Positions 57,001-64,000 of a stretch of DNA of 64,000 nt are shown here, piece after piece (within the stretch, counting starts at the first letter, position 1; each line of letters opens with the position of its first letter). Source of the DNA: Candidatus Saccharimonadales bacterium (GTDB lineage: Bacteria; Patescibacteriota; Saccharimonadia; Saccharimonadales; Saccharimonadaceae). The notes below the pieces were generated by a model, which saw only the letters and a list, made by a program, of their open reading frames with translations, did no database searches and was not told the origin of the DNA. The position numbers and the translations under genes were made by a program. The stretch spans positions 4,387 to 68,386 of the forward strand of contig JAXDCN010000069.1 of the NCBI GenBank assembly GCA_034677945.1, given 5' to 3'.

Positions 57001-57681
57001 CAGACCGTGCCATTAGTGCAGATTACAAACGAAGTTGACGGCAAAAAGACGACGATTGGCGGATTGATCTCGACGGTGCGTACGATTATGACAAAAAGCG
57101 GCTCGAAAATGGCGTTTGTCGGTTTAGAGGATAAAACCGGCGAAAGCGAAGTAATCGTTTTCCCGAATTTATTCGAGCAAATCGGCGCTAAGTTAATCCA
57201 AGATGCCGTGATCCGAGCAACTGGAAAAATCAGCGCGCGTGATCGCGACGGCAATTTGGGGACAGACGCCAAAATGATTGCCGACGAGGTCCAATTCGTG
57301 ACCGATCAAGAACTCCATGAGTATCAGTCTAATGGCAAAAAGATGAACACGCCAAAAGCCAGCGCAAAAACTAGGGCCGAGGCGGTCTCGAAAAAAGCCG
57401 CCAATAAACCGAAAAATGATGCGGTCAAACCTATGCCGATCATCAAAGACTATATTAGCGATAAAAAAATATTCATCCATATCAAAAACCCTGATGATCA
57501 GGACACGCTACTGTCGCTTAGGCGGGTTTGCAGCGATTATCCTGGGGTGTCGGAAATAGTCTTGGTCCTAGGCACCGAAAATAAATCCGCTATCAGGTTG
57601 CCGTTCAAAGTTGACGCTAGTGATATGCTAATCGGCGCGCTGGTCAAAGTGCTTGGTGAAGACAGCGTCGTAATCAAGTAG
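54010..57681 (+). CDS. dnaE: DNA polymerase III alpha subunit
   Basis: PHP domain (VHLHNHTHHSLLDG), polymerase core (GPGRGSAAGS, PDVDID, FNKSHAACY) and an OB fold. 1223 aa. Confidence 0.97.
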   Translation: MGVQANKSTGKKIQLAPSDYVHLHNHTHHSLLDGLTKIPDLVNKVKEMGMEAVAVTDHGTMSGAIEFYKAATEAGIKPIIGMEAYIAARSRHDRDPSKDKARYHLTILAMNNQGYQNLMKLSSIANLEGMYYKPRIDREIIEKYNEGLIILSGCSSSELGESLRIDDYETAKEIAVWYKSIFGDRYYLEMQNHDWDVQIKVNNYLQKLSAELDIPLVVSNDGHYLVHDDQEAHEILLCVGTGAYLSDEDRMTLKQFDLHVTDPLEIIKKWGKDNAEAILNTKRIADRCNVELDLGGILIPTFPTPDGKSEKSYLDELVYRGLAWRYGDLERDQIGDLSIDEAKKHIPEEVLERAEYELGVIDGMGFNGYFLIVQDFINWGKDQGIIFGPGRGSAAGSIIAYSLRITELDPLVYDLLFERFLNPDRISMPDVDIDIQDTRRDEVIAYCTQKYGEGRVANIVTFGKMAARAAVRDVARVLQVPYAEADRLSKMIPPPVQGKHIPLKVSVDKDPDLKNEYDTNPTAKTVIDYAIRLEGTIRSHGVHAAGVVIAPDDIVKYIPLEIAQKGVVSTQYPMGPVEDLGLLKMDFLGLSNLTTINNALRIIKKVNHTKIKLDELPLDDGKTYELLQRGDTTGVFQLESAGMKRYLRELKPSVFDDIIAMVALYRPGPMQFIDSFIKRKHGKETISYLHPKFENALKETYGILVYQEQFMQISKEFAGFTGGQADTLRKAVGKKKIDLMRKVKADFVEGAVKTSGADPKLAEEFWAQLEEFANYCFNKSHAACYGLISYWTAYLKAHYPEAFMAALMTSDQGDIDRLAIEISECKRMGIKVLPPDVNEGFVEFAVVPGKKEIRFGMAAVKGVGVGAVEEILRAREDGKFKSVEDFAKRVSTSRFNKKAWESLIRSGGFDSLADRSDLLFNLDTIQAFASKLQKEALSGQTDLFGGLNDLAHIHPTVTLSPSPIKHTDKERLAWERELLGLYISSHPLDNYDVYFEEQTVPLVQITNEVDGKKTTIGGLISTVRTIMTKSGSKMAFVGLEDKTGESEVIVFPNLFEQIGAKLIQDAVIRATGKISARDRDGNLGTDAKMIADEVQFVTDQELHEYQSNGKKMNTPKASAKTRAEAVSKKAANKPKNDAVKPMPIIKDYISDKKIFIHIKNPDDQDTLLSLRRVCSDYPGVSEIVLVLGTENKSAIRLPFKVDASDMLIGALVKVLGEDSVVIK

Positions 57682-58168
57682 TTAGCGAATATAATGCAAT
57701 GCCGGCCGCGACGCTGACGTTAAAGGATTCCTTTTTGCCGACCATTGGAATTTCTATCAGATCATCGCATTTATCACGCAAGTCGTCAGTCAGGCCTTTG
57801 ACTTCTTCGCCTAATAAAAGCGCGATTTTATTTGGTGGCGCATAATCTGGCAGCAGAATACTGCGTTTGTCCTGTTCTAGTCCGACCACGGTGTAGCCGC
57901 TATCTTTTAGTGATTTTATATCAAGTTTTTCTTGGTATTCAAACGGTACCATCGTTTCGGCGCCTAAAGCAGATTTATGAATCTGAGCAGTCAGTTTTGA
58001 TTCGATATGGGGCAATCGCGGGTCATCAGGCAATTTAGGAAATGGGCTGTAGCCGCTAAGAATTATTTTCGATACACCAAAGCCTTCGCAGGTACGAAAA
58101 ATAGACCCGACATTATGGGCCGAGCGAATATTATGTGCTATTACGATTATTCCAGGCATACCATACAT
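57674..58168 (-). CDS. SpoU/TrmH-family RNA 2'-O-methyltransferase
   Basis: NIRSAHNVGSIFRTCEGFG, LLLGEEVKGL and IPMVGKKESFNVSVAAGIALY blocks. Confidence 0.8.
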   Translation of the reverse strand: MYGMPGIIVIAHNIRSAHNVGSIFRTCEGFGVSKIILSGYSPFPKLPDDPRLPHIESKLTAQIHKSALGAETMVPFEYQEKLDIKSLKDSGYTVVGLEQDKRSILLPDYAPPNKIALLLGEEVKGLTDDLRDKCDDLIEIPMVGKKESFNVSVAAGIALYSLTT

Positions 58169-58208
58169 TGTACTATGACTTGTTCAGAAACGTTCACTTT
58201 AAATATAA

Positions 58209-58237
58209 TTGACACGTAGTAACACATATTATATAGT
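58209..58237 (+). promoter_or_regulatory. Near-consensus sigma70 promoter
   Basis: TTGACA (58209-58214), a 17-nt spacer, then TATAGT (58232-58237). The leader of about 75 nt carries an ATCGCT/AGCGAT hairpin before the SD GAAAGGAG. Confidence 0.65.
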
Positions 58238-58318
58238 ATTAGCAAGCCGGCCTATTGAATAGTGTAATCGCTCACGTAGCGATGATAACCGGCAGTACAT
58301 TGCGAAAGGAGTGGTATT

Positions 58319-58540
58319 ATGGTACGTCGAAAATTTGAGCCGTTTCAAAAACGACTGCATCATCCTGACTATGCTACTGTAGTGTCGGAAACCGAAAATT
58401 TAGAGTCCCAAGCAGCGGACTGGATGCGCGACAACCAAGACAGGTATGAAATCGTCGAAATTAGAAGAGATAGGACCAGTCTTGTAAAAAGCGGTTTGGT
58501 GACAATCAGTATCTCTATTTTCTACGAAAATAAAACATAA
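58319..58540 (+). CDS. Small hypothetical protein (73 aa)
   Basis: It has a strong promoter and SD. An imperfect hairpin plus T-run follows at about 58556-58592. No motif recognised. Confidence 0.55.
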   Translation: MVRRKFEPFQKRLHHPDYATVVSETENLESQAADWMRDNQDRYEIVEIRRDRTSLVKSGLVTISISIFYENKT

Positions 58541-58660
58541 TAACCACTACCTAGCCCCGAAAGAATTCGTTCTGACAGGGTATTTTTTTGTTTCTTGGAC
58601 AAAATATTCTTTCGTTGTTTAGCTACAAAACGCTTGTGTTTTCTGTTATGATTAGAACCA

Positions 58661-60283
58661 ATGGACGAAGGCAAGATCCAAGACGAACACCGCGAGCAAG
58701 AAGAAAGAGCGGCTGCACAGCGCGCGATCGTCTTGAATTTGCCATATTTAGACACGCGTCCTATCGAAGAGACATTGCCGCTAGTTAACGATGTCATCGA
58801 ACCTGCGGTCATGCATCGTGACAAAATAGTGCCGCTTACAAAAGGCGACGAGGCTACGACTTGGCAATTCGGTGTCACTACGCAAACGCCGCAATCATTC
58901 ATCCATGATTTCTCCAAGGAATACACCGACGTCGGCAATATGATTCAGTTCTTCCTGATATCCGACAGCGGCTATAAGCGGCTGTTAGAGCGTTACGACC
59001 CGCCGCCAAAAGTCGTTTATGATGATATCGAAATCGCTCGCGAAGGCGACAGCGAGACTTTGGCTGAAGTCAGCCAGACGCTTAATTCAGTTGGCAGTGA
59101 CGCCGTCTTTGATTATCTAATCGATCAAGCTGACCGCTTGGGTGCTAGTGACATACATATCGAAAACCAAAGGACGCATATGCGTATTCGTATGCGTGTC
59201 GATGGTGTACTTCACCCGGTAGCAGATCTAAGTAACGAACGCTACAGGGTAATTTTGGCTGCCTTGGCTTCCAGGGCGAATATTTCAACCGCTGCGACCG
59301 AGGCTCAATCCGGTCATATGCAAAAAGAAATCACGCGTGATGGCGTGACGCACTTATTGAATTTGCGTCTTGAAACGGTGCCGACGATGTACGGCCAGGA
59401 CGCCGTGCTTAGGCTTTTCAATTTTGACGAATCGATGTTGAATCTGGATCGATTAGGCATTGCGCCAACGGAAAGAGCCGAAATCAACGAAGTAATCAGC
59501 CACCCCCGAGGAATGGTATTGATGGTCGGACCTACCGGCAGCGGCAAGTCGACGACGCTTTACAGCATAATTAATGCGTTGAATACGACCAGGCGCAAGA
59601 TTATTACACTGGAGGATCCGATTGAATACGGCATTTCCGGAATTACTCAGATACCGATTGATACGACCGGCGGTAAAAGCTTTGCCGATGGATTAAGAGC
59701 GGTTCTGCGCTTGGACCCGGACGTAGTCATGATCGGTGAGATTCGCGACTCAGACACCGCTAAAACTGCTATTCAGGCCTCTATTACAGGCCACCTGGTG
59801 TTATCAAGCTTTCACGCCAATTCTACGTCGGCCGCGTTCAGTCGCATGATTGATTTGATCGGCGTAAATCCGATATTCAGTTCGGCTATACGTCTGATGA
59901 TTGCCCAGCGTTTAGTGCGTCGTTTGGACGACAGCACTAAACAGGCCTACGATCCCGACGACGCGACGCGTCAATGGGTCTATAACGTACTGAAAGATTT
60001 GCCGCCTCATGTCGAGAAACCCGATTTTAATACTTTCAAATTATGGCGTCCGGTTATTACCGACACTTCGCCGTTTGGGTTCAAGGACCGTATCGTGATA
60101 ATGGAACAGATGGTCGTTAATGAAAATATTCAAAAGTTCTTGCGCGGCGACATCAAGGACATCAATACCGAGGCTATCGAAACGGCCGCCCGCGCTTCCG
60201 GTATGGTGACGTTGCTACAAAGTGGGGTGTTAGCGGCTCTTCGCGGCGATACGACGCTTGATGAAGTCAACCAAGTAATATAA
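58661..60283 (+). CDS. pilB: Type II/IV secretion ATPase (PilB/GspE family)
   Basis: Walker A is GPTGSGKSTT, followed by Asp/His boxes (DPDVVMIGEIRD, TGHLVLSSFHAN). Confidence 0.88.
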   Translation: MDEGKIQDEHREQEERAAAQRAIVLNLPYLDTRPIEETLPLVNDVIEPAVMHRDKIVPLTKGDEATTWQFGVTTQTPQSFIHDFSKEYTDVGNMIQFFLISDSGYKRLLERYDPPPKVVYDDIEIAREGDSETLAEVSQTLNSVGSDAVFDYLIDQADRLGASDIHIENQRTHMRIRMRVDGVLHPVADLSNERYRVILAALASRANISTAATEAQSGHMQKEITRDGVTHLLNLRLETVPTMYGQDAVLRLFNFDESMLNLDRLGIAPTERAEINEVISHPRGMVLMVGPTGSGKSTTLYSIINALNTTRRKIITLEDPIEYGISGITQIPIDTTGGKSFADGLRAVLRLDPDVVMIGEIRDSDTAKTAIQASITGHLVLSSFHANSTSAAFSRMIDLIGVNPIFSSAIRLMIAQRLVRRLDDSTKQAYDPDDATRQWVYNVLKDLPPHVEKPDFNTFKLWRPVITDTSPFGFKDRIVIMEQMVVNENIQKFLRGDIKDINTEAIETAARASGMVTLLQSGVLAALRGDTTLDEVNQVI

Positions 60284-60375
60284 GTATATTATTTGCGATT
60301 AACCCTTTCATATTCGGCACAATTGTGTTATAGTCGATAGCTGACTTAGTATATAAATTTTAAAGTGAGTGTCAA

Positions 60376-60897
60376 ATGAGTTTTGAATTAATCAAGAAGG
60401 TCGAAGAGGCCCAAAAAAAGTCGAATGTTGTTGATGTCCATACCGGTGATACCGTTCGAGTCCATCAAAAAATCAAAGAAGGTGCCAAAGAACGTATCCA
60501 GGTTTTTGAAGGCGTTGTTATCCGTACCGATCGCCGTGACTCTTTATCTTCGCGAATTACCGTCCGCAAAATCGCAAGCGGTGTCGGCGTAGAAAAAAGT
60601 TTTTTGATCCATAGTCCGCTGGTTGAGAAAATCGAAGTCGTTCGCCGTTCCAAAGTTCGCAGAAATTACCTGAGTTACTTGCGCAATCGCAGCGGTAAAA
60701 GCGCCCGTTTACGTAACGTTGGTTTTGACCGAGAGAGCGTTAACGATGTTCATGATGAAGCTTTCGAAGCTGAAGAAGCTCGCATGAAAGAACAGGCTCG
60801 CGCCGAAGCCGAGGCAAAAGCTGCCGAAAAAGCTGCCGAAGAAGCCGAATTGGCCGCCAAAGCCGCCGAAGTTGAAGCCAGACACAAAGAAGCCTAA
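60376..60897 (+). CDS. rplS: 50S ribosomal protein L19 with a C-terminal Ala/Glu/Lys-rich extension
   Basis: The core is GDTVRVHQKIKEGAKERIQVFEGVVI...RRSKVRRNYLSYLR. The last 55-60 aa or so are low-complexity (EAEAKAAEKAAEEAELAAKAAEVEA). Confidence 0.92.
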   Translation: MSFELIKKVEEAQKKSNVVDVHTGDTVRVHQKIKEGAKERIQVFEGVVIRTDRRDSLSSRITVRKIASGVGVEKSFLIHSPLVEKIEVVRRSKVRRNYLSYLRNRSGKSARLRNVGFDRESVNDVHDEAFEAEEARMKEQARAEAEAKAAEKAAEEAELAAKAAEVEARHKEA

Positions 60898-60916
60898 GTA
60901 TAAAATCACTTTCAGG

Positions 60917-60941
60917 AACCGCCGAACAGGCGGTTTTTGTT
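60917..60941 (+). terminator. Rho-independent terminator after rplS
   Basis: AACCGCC pairs with GGCGGTT around the loop GAACA, followed by TTTGTTT. Confidence 0.8.
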
Positions 60942-60969
60942 TGACTAAACTACAATAGAATTGTATAAT
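60941..60969 (+). promoter_or_regulatory. Near-consensus sigma70 promoter for the orphan gene
   Basis: TTGACT (60941-60946), a 17-nt spacer, then TATAAT (60964-60969). An 8-bp inverted repeat, CTACAATA and TATTGTAG, flanks the -10 and leader. Confidence 0.65.
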
Positions 60970-61066
60970 CACCATATTGTTTTTGGGTTATTTGTCCAGA
61001 TGCATGTAGTTTTTATTATTGTAGACGAATCAATTGCTCTAAAAATTTTTTAAAGGGGATGATTTT

Positions 61067-62152
61067 GTGCCTTCGGATCGTTTAAAACTAATCGGGAAAA
61101 AACTACCCTGTAATGAATCCGCGCCATGGTATGACACCAAAGAAGATATTGCCGGTTCGATCGGGTCGTTGGAAGATTTCAATGAGCTGATAGGTCAGCG
61201 GCGCACTGCCGGTTACGAGCGGCAAGAAATGTTAAAGGAATTCGTTATTTTCGGTTGTTACTATCTTGATAAATCAGGGAATTGCTGGAAGGCAGAAGAC
61301 AGGTTTTCTAGGGATAACTTACCCGGTATTACCGATGTATTAACTAGGGACGAGTTTTGGAAATATATCCGCCGTCATGTCATCAACGTTGTATCGATTG
61401 GTTATTCGTATGACGACGGTAAAATTCCTATTCCGGATCTGAGATGTTCATTCTGCGGCAAAACATGGACGGTCGAAAATTGTCACGATACTGTCGTCAG
61501 GGATGAAAAATTGATCGTTACCCTTAGTGATTTTATCGGCATGACGCTGGGAGAGGTAAAAAAGGCGTATTTTGACAGAAGAGACGCCATTTATCAAACG
61601 CACGACGGTTCTTTGATCCGTAATGACAGGTTTATTGATCCGACGCCGATATGTCCGGATTCGGAATACGAATGGGAAAGGCGCGTTGTCAAAAACCGGA
61701 ACGGTTGGGTCGGAAAAGATCAGGGAATTTCTGACGATTACGTAATTCAACCCGGAGACCAAGGCATGTTCAGCGTAGACAGGTACTATCACCGTGAGTG
61801 TAATCGTATTAACTCACTCAAAGAAAAAGAGGGCCAATTCAGTGATATATTCAAAAAGGCCGGATTTACCGTCATCAGTATGCAGAGTATTCCGAATGAG
61901 TACTGTTCATGCGAATTATGTGCTCCCTGGTTTTTAGTCAACACTGAATTTGGAGTATTCAAAATCGGTTGGAGAAAACGCGTTATCAATATTGATTGGT
62001 GCGCGGTAAACGTCCCGCCAAACGTGGATATTATTTCTTTGTTTGTTGACGAAGACGTCACCAAAGGCAATAACAATATCCACGCCTGGGGCTGGGAAAA
62101 GGTAGAGGAATATCTGACCAAGATCTACAATATGTTATCAAATAACAAATAA
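61067..62152 (+). CDS. Cys-rich hypothetical protein (orphan)
   Basis: A GTG start lies 7 nt after AAAGGGGA. The 361-aa protein has CSFCGK (CxxC), HREC and CSCELC clusters. I recognise no family. Confidence 0.6.
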   Translation: MPSDRLKLIGKKLPCNESAPWYDTKEDIAGSIGSLEDFNELIGQRRTAGYERQEMLKEFVIFGCYYLDKSGNCWKAEDRFSRDNLPGITDVLTRDEFWKYIRRHVINVVSIGYSYDDGKIPIPDLRCSFCGKTWTVENCHDTVVRDEKLIVTLSDFIGMTLGEVKKAYFDRRDAIYQTHDGSLIRNDRFIDPTPICPDSEYEWERRVVKNRNGWVGKDQGISDDYVIQPGDQGMFSVDRYYHRECNRINSLKEKEGQFSDIFKKAGFTVISMQSIPNEYCSCELCAPWFLVNTEFGVFKIGWRKRVINIDWCAVNVPPNVDIISLFVDEDVTKGNNNIHAWGWEKVEEYLTKIYNMLSNNK

Positions 62153-62160
62153 CTCAAAAC

Positions 62161-62190
62161 ATGAGCTGGCCCCTTAAGCCAGCTCATTTT
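62161..62190 (+). terminator. Rho-independent terminator
   Basis: ATGAGCTGGC pairs with GCCAGCTCAT around a 7-nt loop, followed by TTTT. Confidence 0.8.
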
Positions 62191-62262
62191 AATTATTAGA
62201 GAATAGTCTTTGATTACTAAAATGATATACATCGATGATGGGATATATTTGAAGAGCTGACG

Positions 62263-62271
62263 TGATATGAT
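62263..62271 (+). promoter_or_regulatory. Extended -10 element 6 nt upstream of the rnhB ATG (leaderless geometry)
   Basis: TGaTATGAT at 62263-62271, 6 nt, then ATG 62278. No SD is present. Confidence 0.4.
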
Positions 62272-62277
62272 TGGCGT

Positions 62278-63321
62278 ATGATTCTGGGTATTGATGAGGT
62301 TGGGCGGGGGCCGTGGGCGGGGCCTTTGGTGGTTGGCGCGGTGGTTTTAGGCGGCATAGAAATAGAAGGTTTGACTGATAGTAAGAAACTGTCCAAGAAA
62401 AAGCGTGAAGCGCTTGATATTATTATCCGCGAATCTGCCGCCGGCTTCGGACTGGGTTGGGTTACGGCAAACGAAATTGACGAAATTGGCTTGTCTGAAG
62501 CCTTAGTATTAGCAACCAAACGAGCAGTCGAACAGGTCAAGACACCGTATCAAGAAATTATTATCGACGGAACCGTTAACTTTTTGTCTGATACTAACAA
62601 AGGCAAATATGTCACGACGTTAAAAAAGGCGGATTTATTGGTGCCAAGCGTCTCGGCCGCTTCGATAATCGCTAAAGTCGCGCGTGATAGATATATGGAA
62701 ATGCAAGATGAAATACACCCCGGCTATGGTTTTAAAAATCATGTCGGTTACGGCACGGCCGAACATATCGCGGCAATCGAAAAGCTGGGCGTGACGCCTC
62801 TGCACCGATTGTCATTTGGCCCGCTTCAAAAATATTCAATTTCACCGTCAATGTCCAAAACTGCCTCGGGTTTTGCCGTCCGGTCCGCCCCTAAAAGTTT
62901 TTTACCAAAGGTAAAAACATTTTTGGGTACTGCCCCTCATTCGCTGGACAGCGAAGCCACCCGCGGATCCAGTTTTGGTTCTACCAAGCAAATAGGTGAT
63001 TTGGCAGAACGCCAGGCCTGTGAGTATTTGAAAAAAATTGGTCATAAAATAATCGACCGTAATTGGAAAACTAAATACTGCGAAATCGATATTATTTCCC
63101 AAAAAGACAGTGTTATATTTTTTAACGAAGTGAAATACCGCAACAAGCCTGACCAAGGCGGAGGATTGGCTGCGATTACGCCCAAGAAATCACGGCAAAT
63201 GAAATTTGCGGCTGAATATTACTCGGTATCTAACGATATCCATGACAAGGATTTGCGTTTGGCCGTGATATCGGTCTGCGGCCGGCCGCCGATCGTCGAT
63301 CAGTTTCTAGAGATTTTTTAA
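62278..63321 (+). CDS. rnhB: Ribonuclease HII fused to a YraN (UPF0102) endonuclease-like domain
   Basis: The N-terminal part is ILGIDEVGRGPWAGPLVVGAV...DSKKLS...GYG. A Ser/Pro/Lys-rich linker of about 50 aa follows. The C-terminal part is GDLAERQACEYLKKIGHKIIDRNWKTKYCEIDII...FNEVKYR (YraN-like). Confidence 0.8.
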   Translation: MILGIDEVGRGPWAGPLVVGAVVLGGIEIEGLTDSKKLSKKKREALDIIIRESAAGFGLGWVTANEIDEIGLSEALVLATKRAVEQVKTPYQEIIIDGTVNFLSDTNKGKYVTTLKKADLLVPSVSAASIIAKVARDRYMEMQDEIHPGYGFKNHVGYGTAEHIAAIEKLGVTPLHRLSFGPLQKYSISPSMSKTASGFAVRSAPKSFLPKVKTFLGTAPHSLDSEATRGSSFGSTKQIGDLAERQACEYLKKIGHKIIDRNWKTKYCEIDIISQKDSVIFFNEVKYRNKPDQGGGLAAITPKKSRQMKFAAEYYSVSNDIHDKDLRLAVISVCGRPPIVDQFLEIF

Positions 63322-64000
63322 TGCTTGTTTTACGGCCTTGCCGTCACGTTCGATGATATCGACTCGGTTTCTGATTTCGTTTATGCCGATTTCGATGGCT
63401 CGGGTCAGTACCGGTTCGGACTTTTTCGGCGTAAAGAATTCGATATATTCGTCAAGTTGTTTTTTGTTAACTAACGCTGATGCGGCATACCTTGGGTAAT
63501 CGTCATAACTCATGCTGCCAAAGAATTTCTTTTTTATCCATTCCCAATTATCGCGAATCCACTGCCACGTCATTTCCCTGGCATAGCGGTTTCGCATCGT
63601 GTAAACGACCCATCGAGCAGTGTCCTGGGTGCGGATTATTGATGTATCCGTCAGTTTATCCAGAATCAATTTGTTAACCTCAGTATTTTTGGACGAGGTC
63701 AGGCCGATACTGATGTCCTGTCTTAATTCCGCCGAATCGGTCGATTGGTATTTTTTAAATAGCGAATCAATCATTTGGCTGTCGTATTCTCCGTAGCGTA
63801 CATAAGTTGAAATTATCGACGGCCGAAGTTCGGGATTTAGTTTTTCGATGTCGGTCGACTTGAAGTTATCAATAGCAGTCTTCAATACCTCCGGGTCTTC
63901 GGAATATATCATCAAGCCGATGATTACGCTGCGTAATTTGATATCTTCTTCGCTTTCACCGGATTTATTAATCCAACCTAAGCGTTCGTACTGGTTTCTG
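63307..64000 (-). CDS. M1-family aminopeptidase (PepN-like), C-terminal part; gene continues past the window end
   Basis: The ERAP1-like C-terminal domain pattern is present (IRTQDTARWVVY..., REMTWQWIRDNWEWI). My own translation shows the frame stays open from 63915 to base 64000 (RNQYERLGWINKSGESEEDIKLRSVIIG). Confidence 0.65.
   Translation of the reverse strand, partial: RNQYERLGWINKSGESEEDIKLRSVIIGLMIYSEDPEVLKTAIDNFKSTDIEKLNPELRPSIISTYVRYGEYDSQMIDSLFKKYQSTDSAELRQDISIGLTSSKNTEVNKLILDKLTDTSIIRTQDTARWVVYTMRNRYAREMTWQWIRDNWEWIKKKFFGSMSYDDYPRYAASALVNKKQLDEYIEFFTPKKSEPVLTRAIEIGINEIRNRVDIIERDGKAVKQALKNL

Noticed and set aside
1-64000. CRISPR arrays, tRNA/rRNA genes, transposases/integrases and prophage structural genes.
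   Set aside because: Every gap longer than about 120 nt was read on both strands. I saw no spaced direct repeats, no tRNA-like T-arm/acceptor patterns, and no recombinase-like ORFs. A tRNAscan or Infernal run would be the definitive check.
1-64000. Alternative genetic code (UGA recoding, as in some CPR lineages).
   Set aside because: Conserved proteins terminate at TGA at their expected lengths, and several ATGA/GTGA start-stop overlaps use TGA as the stop. The standard code explains all long ORFs.

Overview
The window is densely coding and contains about 65 protein genes. I found no rRNA, tRNA, CRISPR array, transposase or integrase. All long ORFs close normally under the standard code, and TGA acts as a stop in several ATGA start/stop overlaps. 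The gene content includes a split transketolase, a membrane H+-pyrophosphatase, gatC-gatA-X-gatB, pheST, uvrB, dnaE, a short Rel enzyme, an MMPL transporter, type IV pilus parts (PilB, pilin) and many small membrane proteins. This fits a small-genome Patescibacteria/CPR bacterium, possibly Saccharibacteria-like, but that assignment is inference only. Long co-directional housekeeping blocks lie at 28.8-34 kb and 38.4-57.7 kb. They alternate with strand-switching, accessory-looking stretches at 1.8-6.4 kb, 9.6-20.2 kb and 61-62.2 kb. The best candidate for an undescribed system is a compact operon at 3316-4702. It has a sigma70-like promoter, a radical-SAM/SPASM enzyme, and a 36-aa Cys-containing peptide ORF with a strong SD that is too short for the supplied ORF track, followed by an intrinsic terminator and then an HExxH protein. 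This looks like a RiPP-like cassette. Other leads are listed here.
- A second SPASM radical-SAM gene sits at 19.1 kb.
- A membrane-anchored protein with an Rx4H (HEPN-like) motif is translationally coupled between gatA and gatB.
- A Nudix / ParB-Srx-like / deoxynucleotidase island lies at 9.9-12.2 kb.
- An orphan protein carries beta-carbonic-anhydrase-like CxDxR and H-x3-CGG motifs.
- A pentose-phosphate operon ends in a PfkB kinase, an orphan and a LOG-like protein.
- RNase HII and YraN are fused in one ORF.
- An atypical aquaporin lacks the conserved Arg.
- Several operon heads show a recurrent TATAAT-N6/7-ATG (leaderless) geometry.

All family calls come from reading motifs by eye. No database search was run.
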